Shown in pieces: positions 59,654-64,000 of a stretch of DNA of 64,000 nucleotides. Both the position numbers and the translations under genes were made by a program. Below the pieces are notes generated by a model. It did no database searches. It was not told the origin of the DNA and was given only the letters and a program-made list of their open reading frames with translations. This DNA is from Schmidtea polychroa (taxonomy: Eukaryota), in the NCBI GenBank assembly GCA_044892525.1, contig CM097885.1:38876001-38940000 (forward strand). Reading direction: 5' to 3'. How positions within the stretch are numbered: the first letter of the stretch is position 1; the number at the start of each line of letters is the position of its first letter.

Positions 59654-60556
59654 CACCAAACACCACTGAGAACCATTTCCTATAATATAACAAAAAAATC
59701 AATAATCTTACATTATAGAAACATACATACTTATTTTGATTTCACGTTGATGTTCTCATGTATAGCTCAATGAGATACATCTTATACTATAGAAATCTGA
59801 AAAAAGGAAGGAAAATTAAAAAAATGCACACAAGCACAACACATAATAAAAAACACATACAAACTTTTGATTCGCAAAATTGTAACGATGAGATACGTTT
59901 CTATAATAATTCTATTTTTGACAATTTTTAGAAAAAAAAGATCGTTGAAAATTTTTTAGATTATATTTTAATGAAAATATCAAGAGCAGATGAATTTGGT
60001 TCAAAATCTTTTTACTCCAGATTTTATTTCCTTAAAGAATCCCCTCATATTGAGCTCAGAAAAAAAATTACAAAAATTAAAAAAATTATTTTAATCAGCG
60101 ATTTTTCCCAAAATGTTTTAAAAAAATACATTGATTGATTTATTTATTTAATTAATTATAATTAAAAATATATCGGACTCACATTTTTTCGAAATAATTC
60201 CATGATAAATGGCATAAAATTCCTAAAAAACCCTGAAAATTAATTAAAAATAATTTATAATTATATTGTTGATTAAAAGTAATATTTAAGAACTCGAATA
60301 ATGATCTCATATCTATATGGATCAAAATTCAAGTCTTAAAATTTACTTTAAATTTAATATCTTACCTGAAAACCATTTCTAAAATGGCTAAAATAAATTT
60401 CATGATGAGCAATTCATACGTAAAAAAATTACTGACAACTTTGCTTTATTTATCATCAACATCAGTAGAAAATTCATCAGTAGTAAACTGGTGAGTAAGC
60501 AATCGCTCTACACGCAAACCACCACTATAGAGAATGTATCTCAGTGGTGTTTGGTG
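59654..60556. mobile_element. ~900-bp MITE, probable TA TSD
   Basis: TA-CACCAAACACCACTGAGA ... TCTCAGTGGTGTTTGGTG-TA is a perfect inverted match, extending imperfectly to ~30 bp. Confidence 0.7.
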
Positions 60557-61049
60557 TAGAATTAATTCTGGTAATTTGTTCTTGGAAGAAATTTGTTTAA
60601 CCAGGAAGTTTTTGGTGAATTTTTGAAATGAAGAATCAAAATTCTGAAAGTTCAATTAAGTCTTTGGAAAGAATAAGAGATGATCTGACAAAATCTTTAT
60701 TAATTAATTCCATTGAAGGAAATGAATTGACACATGATCATGATGTACATTCTTACAAATATAAAGTAGAAATTCAAAATATGCTCAATAACAAGTTTCG
60801 TTCATTTGATCTCCCCAAATCTGACAATTTCAAAATGAAAAACTCTTGTACATTTTCTAGTATCATCCAAGATTTCGAGAATCTTAAAGAATCAGAGCCG
60901 TTATGCAAATATTCAATTATTAAAGAATCGTTGGAAAATGTTATTAAATAATCTTGTGAAATGAAAAAGTATTCAATGAACATTCCACTGCCTAATATCA
61001 CAATGAAAATCAATAGTCGTATGATCAATATATGTTCTTCAGTTATTAT

Positions 61050-61721
61050 TTTCCGATGAAATTTAAACTGCGATATTTTCTCTCTGTATGGTTCTGAGTC
61101 CTTCCTAGATTTATACGGCTTCAGCAATTTCATGAACGTCTTGTGGTACACGTTCAACATTTCATGAACACGGCGGTGGCTTACATGTGGTATGGAAGCT
61201 TTGTCCCATATTTGTTCTACTTTCATTGACACTGTTTCTGCCACGTTGCGATGTGAAGGATCTTTATTGTTCAATTCGCATTTCAGTCTCTGCTTTGTCA
61301 GGTTGTAGAATTTCATAACATCTGCATAAGTCGGTAGTTGATTGTCGGGCATCTCGGATGGACCACCAAAGATGACACAAGACACTTTCTTTCTGGTTAC
61401 AGCCATTGCAACTCTAAAAAGGAAAACCAGAGGCATTTAAAATCCATAGTGTATGGGTGGCAAATATTTTGCTATTAAAAGTAATGAAAATATTATTTAA
61501 ATGCCATCAATGACTTCAATAATATGTCAATAATAGCAAATACATGATCGTTTTCTTATCAATGGTTACATTTTAAAGTTGGTTGTGGAACCTCAAGACA
61601 TTATTTAAATTATTGTTTTTCTTTACAGAGTACTTCATTGGACCTCATAGCAAGTTTTTATAACTATCCAAAGTCTACTAAGTCAAAAAATTTTTTTTCG
61701 GTCATTTTCACTCCACCCTAA
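61050..61721 (-). mobile_element. hATm-like transposon, 5' fragment
   Basis: The terminus (T)TAGGGTGGAGTGAAAATG lies at 61721/61720. The ORF has QLPTYADVM..VEQIWDKASIP, resembling the N-terminal region of hATm-type transposases as I recall it, and similarity is lost after ~ISQFK. Confidence 0.65.
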
Positions 61722-61922
61722 TGATCATGGCTGCTTCAAAACCAAAGATTGCAACCAATATCTATTCAAAGAGTCATATCTCTGCTTCAAGGGATAAATC
61801 CATGATTATTTGGGATAACCTTGAAGATGAGGCTGCTATGTCAGATGATGGTCAATTTGTATTGTCTGAGTAAATTGAAATTATTTCTCTTTCTTGTTTT
61901 CACTCGAAACAACAACAACAAC

Positions 61923-62049
<127 letters not shown>

Positions 62050-62726
62050 TTTGTTAGTAACAATAAACATGTATTTAATTTGTTTGTCGTCATATTGAAA
62101 ATTTAGCAATAAGACAAAATTTACATAATTAAATAAATATTCCGTAAAAAACATTTTTGAATAAATTTTTGATAACTTCCAATTTCGGAGGTGTAATTTA
62201 TGTAAATATTAAATATTTTAGAAATATTTAGTTTTATTATTTAACATCATCCATTCATGCATATTTAAAATTACAAAAACAATTAAAAAAGCTTTTTGAA
62301 TTTTCTAATTTAAAATCAAATATTAAATAAGCTTCAAAAATTTTAAAAATTCTAATTTATCAAAACTTTTCTCATAATAACATCATGAGTTTTAATTATG
62401 AATTTAAATTACACAGAATATTTATAAGTACATATATCCCACATATCCTCTTTTCAAAAATTTACTGTAATTTTTATTTTTTTAATCTTTTCATGTGATT
62501 TGTCTATTATTTTTTCAGGATCTATTTCAGGATCATCAATTTTCTTATCCTCTTTTGTTATTATATTCAAATATATTAACACCTATTACCAACATGAAAT
62601 TCTCTATTAGTTATTAACGTGTTATCATACCATATCTATATTTAATTCTTTTCAATTATTATTCAGATTCTTTTCTTCCATTAATTTTAGTTACAGGTGA
62701 TTCATTTTGTCAAAAAATTGTTTTAA

Positions 62727-63210
62727 CCTTTAGAAGACCGGGGGAAAATACGTGTAGGACCCACCGCTTTCGTCAGGGGCCGCTCATTGGGTGAAAATAA
62801 ACACCATATATTTTTCGCTTATAGTTTCAAACTCCAAATTGCTCTGTACGTATTTTTAGTTGGTCTCATATGTACAATTGATCTGCTAAAAGTTTAAATA
62901 ATTATCAAAATAATTAACTTAGGTAACTATGAATAAAAATCATGCCAACTTGTGCATAATCAACCGAAAATAAAACTTTTATTTTGAATTATTGCAATAT
63001 AAATTTACTATTTTATGACTCTTTCATATTTCAATCGCTCGCGTTGTTACTATTGCTTAGCAACTGGTAAATTTTATGTATTTAGATATTTTGTTTTAAA
63101 TGATTCAGAGTATTTTTCATTATCAATACATGTAGAAGATAAACGGGAAGATTATTATTGTTCTTTTTAAATCCATTGAGAAATTTAAGATATTTTCCCC
63201 CCGGTATCGG
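62727..63210. mobile_element. Possible degenerate piggyBac-like MITE
   Basis: The left end is TTAA-CCTTTAGAAGACCGGGGGAAAATA, with an inverted TATTTTCCCCCCGGT at 63191-63205. The right terminus is degraded. Confidence 0.4.
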
Positions 63211-63580
63211 TAATTATTTTACCTTTCCCAATCACGAGGTATGATTATTTCTCATCCAGTTTTCATTTGGTAAATTTAATGCATCAACTTTAATTGTGAT
63301 TCGCATTTATTTTCTGAGGAAACTTTGGCAATTTTTGTTTAATTAATCCAGTAGATTTTGTTTGAATAACTTTTAATTATATTTGGTTTATTTTTCCTTT
63401 AATATAAATGAGTTGGATTAGAATTAATTCTTTAAAGCTCGATCAAGGGTTTTCGAAAGTATTATGAAAGCATATAAAATACAACAAATTAATTGTTAAA
63501 TTGTAATAAATTCTATATTCCCAAAATCTTAAGCACGACAGGAGAAAGATCTTTTACTCACGATTGTTTTTCACTAATTC

Positions 63581-63810
63581 CAGTGGTTCCCAAACGTTCT
63601 GGTGCTGTGACCACCTGGTAACATTTACCAAGTTGCTGCGAACCCAACGATAAAATTAATCCGGTTGCTTCTCCTTCATTGCATTGTGGTTGGTAATTGT
63701 TATGTATTTGACTTCTAAAATATCTGATAGTTTATAAAGACCATGTTTTAGTCACAAATTTTGTTTAATTGAATCAAATGAACTTCAGACTCACAGGCTG
63801 GAAACCACTG
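63581..63810. mobile_element. hAT-Charlie-type MITE (230 bp)
   Basis: TIRs are CAGTGGTTCCCAAAC / GGCTGGAAACCACTG. The flanks ACTAATTC / ACCAATTT match 6/8, consistent with a decayed 8-bp TSD. Confidence 0.75.
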
Positions 63811-64000
63811 ACCAATTTCCAACGAATTATAATTTGATTGACAAGATTGACAAGGACTATCTTATAGTCGAAAGTTTTTTCATTAAATACATTATTTGCA
63901 GCAAAAGGCTTAAATTATCATTTTATTGTTTTAAATAATAAATGCTGCTACCAAGAAATCATCATTTTATACTATAATTGTATTGTACATAAATACTTTT

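Noticed and set aside
60628..60951. 107-aa ORF
   Set aside because: It has no recognisable domain and sits between TE fragments. It could be an exon or relic but is unsupported.

Overview
This is a very AT-rich eukaryotic window, probably from an invertebrate animal (inference), and no intact host gene is recognisable. About half of it consists of three related non-coding elements with Polinton/Maverick-type hallmarks, meaning 5'-AGTAG...CTACT-3' termini and exact 6-bp target-site duplications (TSDs). E1 spans 9432-32177 (TSD CTCGTC, ~2-kb TIRs). E2 spans 41639-51508 (TSD CGTTTA, ~3-kb TIRs). E3 spans 21860-30614 (TSD TATGTA, only 9-bp matching ends) and is nested inside E1's right TIR. The three share a non-coding core and carry 16 copies of a conserved ~90-115-bp module (TATA-like run, palindrome, 15-bp direct repeats) that always points inward. 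No Polinton core genes are visible. The rest of the window is decayed transposable elements: two Ty3/Gypsy remnants, a Tigger/pogo inserted right after the RT YMDD motif, a Ginger2/KRBA2-like element, three hAT transposase remnants, several MITEs and a mini-Helitron. It also holds a collapsed HSP70 pseudogene and many (AAT)n/(TA)n microsatellites. All coordinates were read by eye. Ends fixed by TSDs are precise and internal boundaries are approximate.
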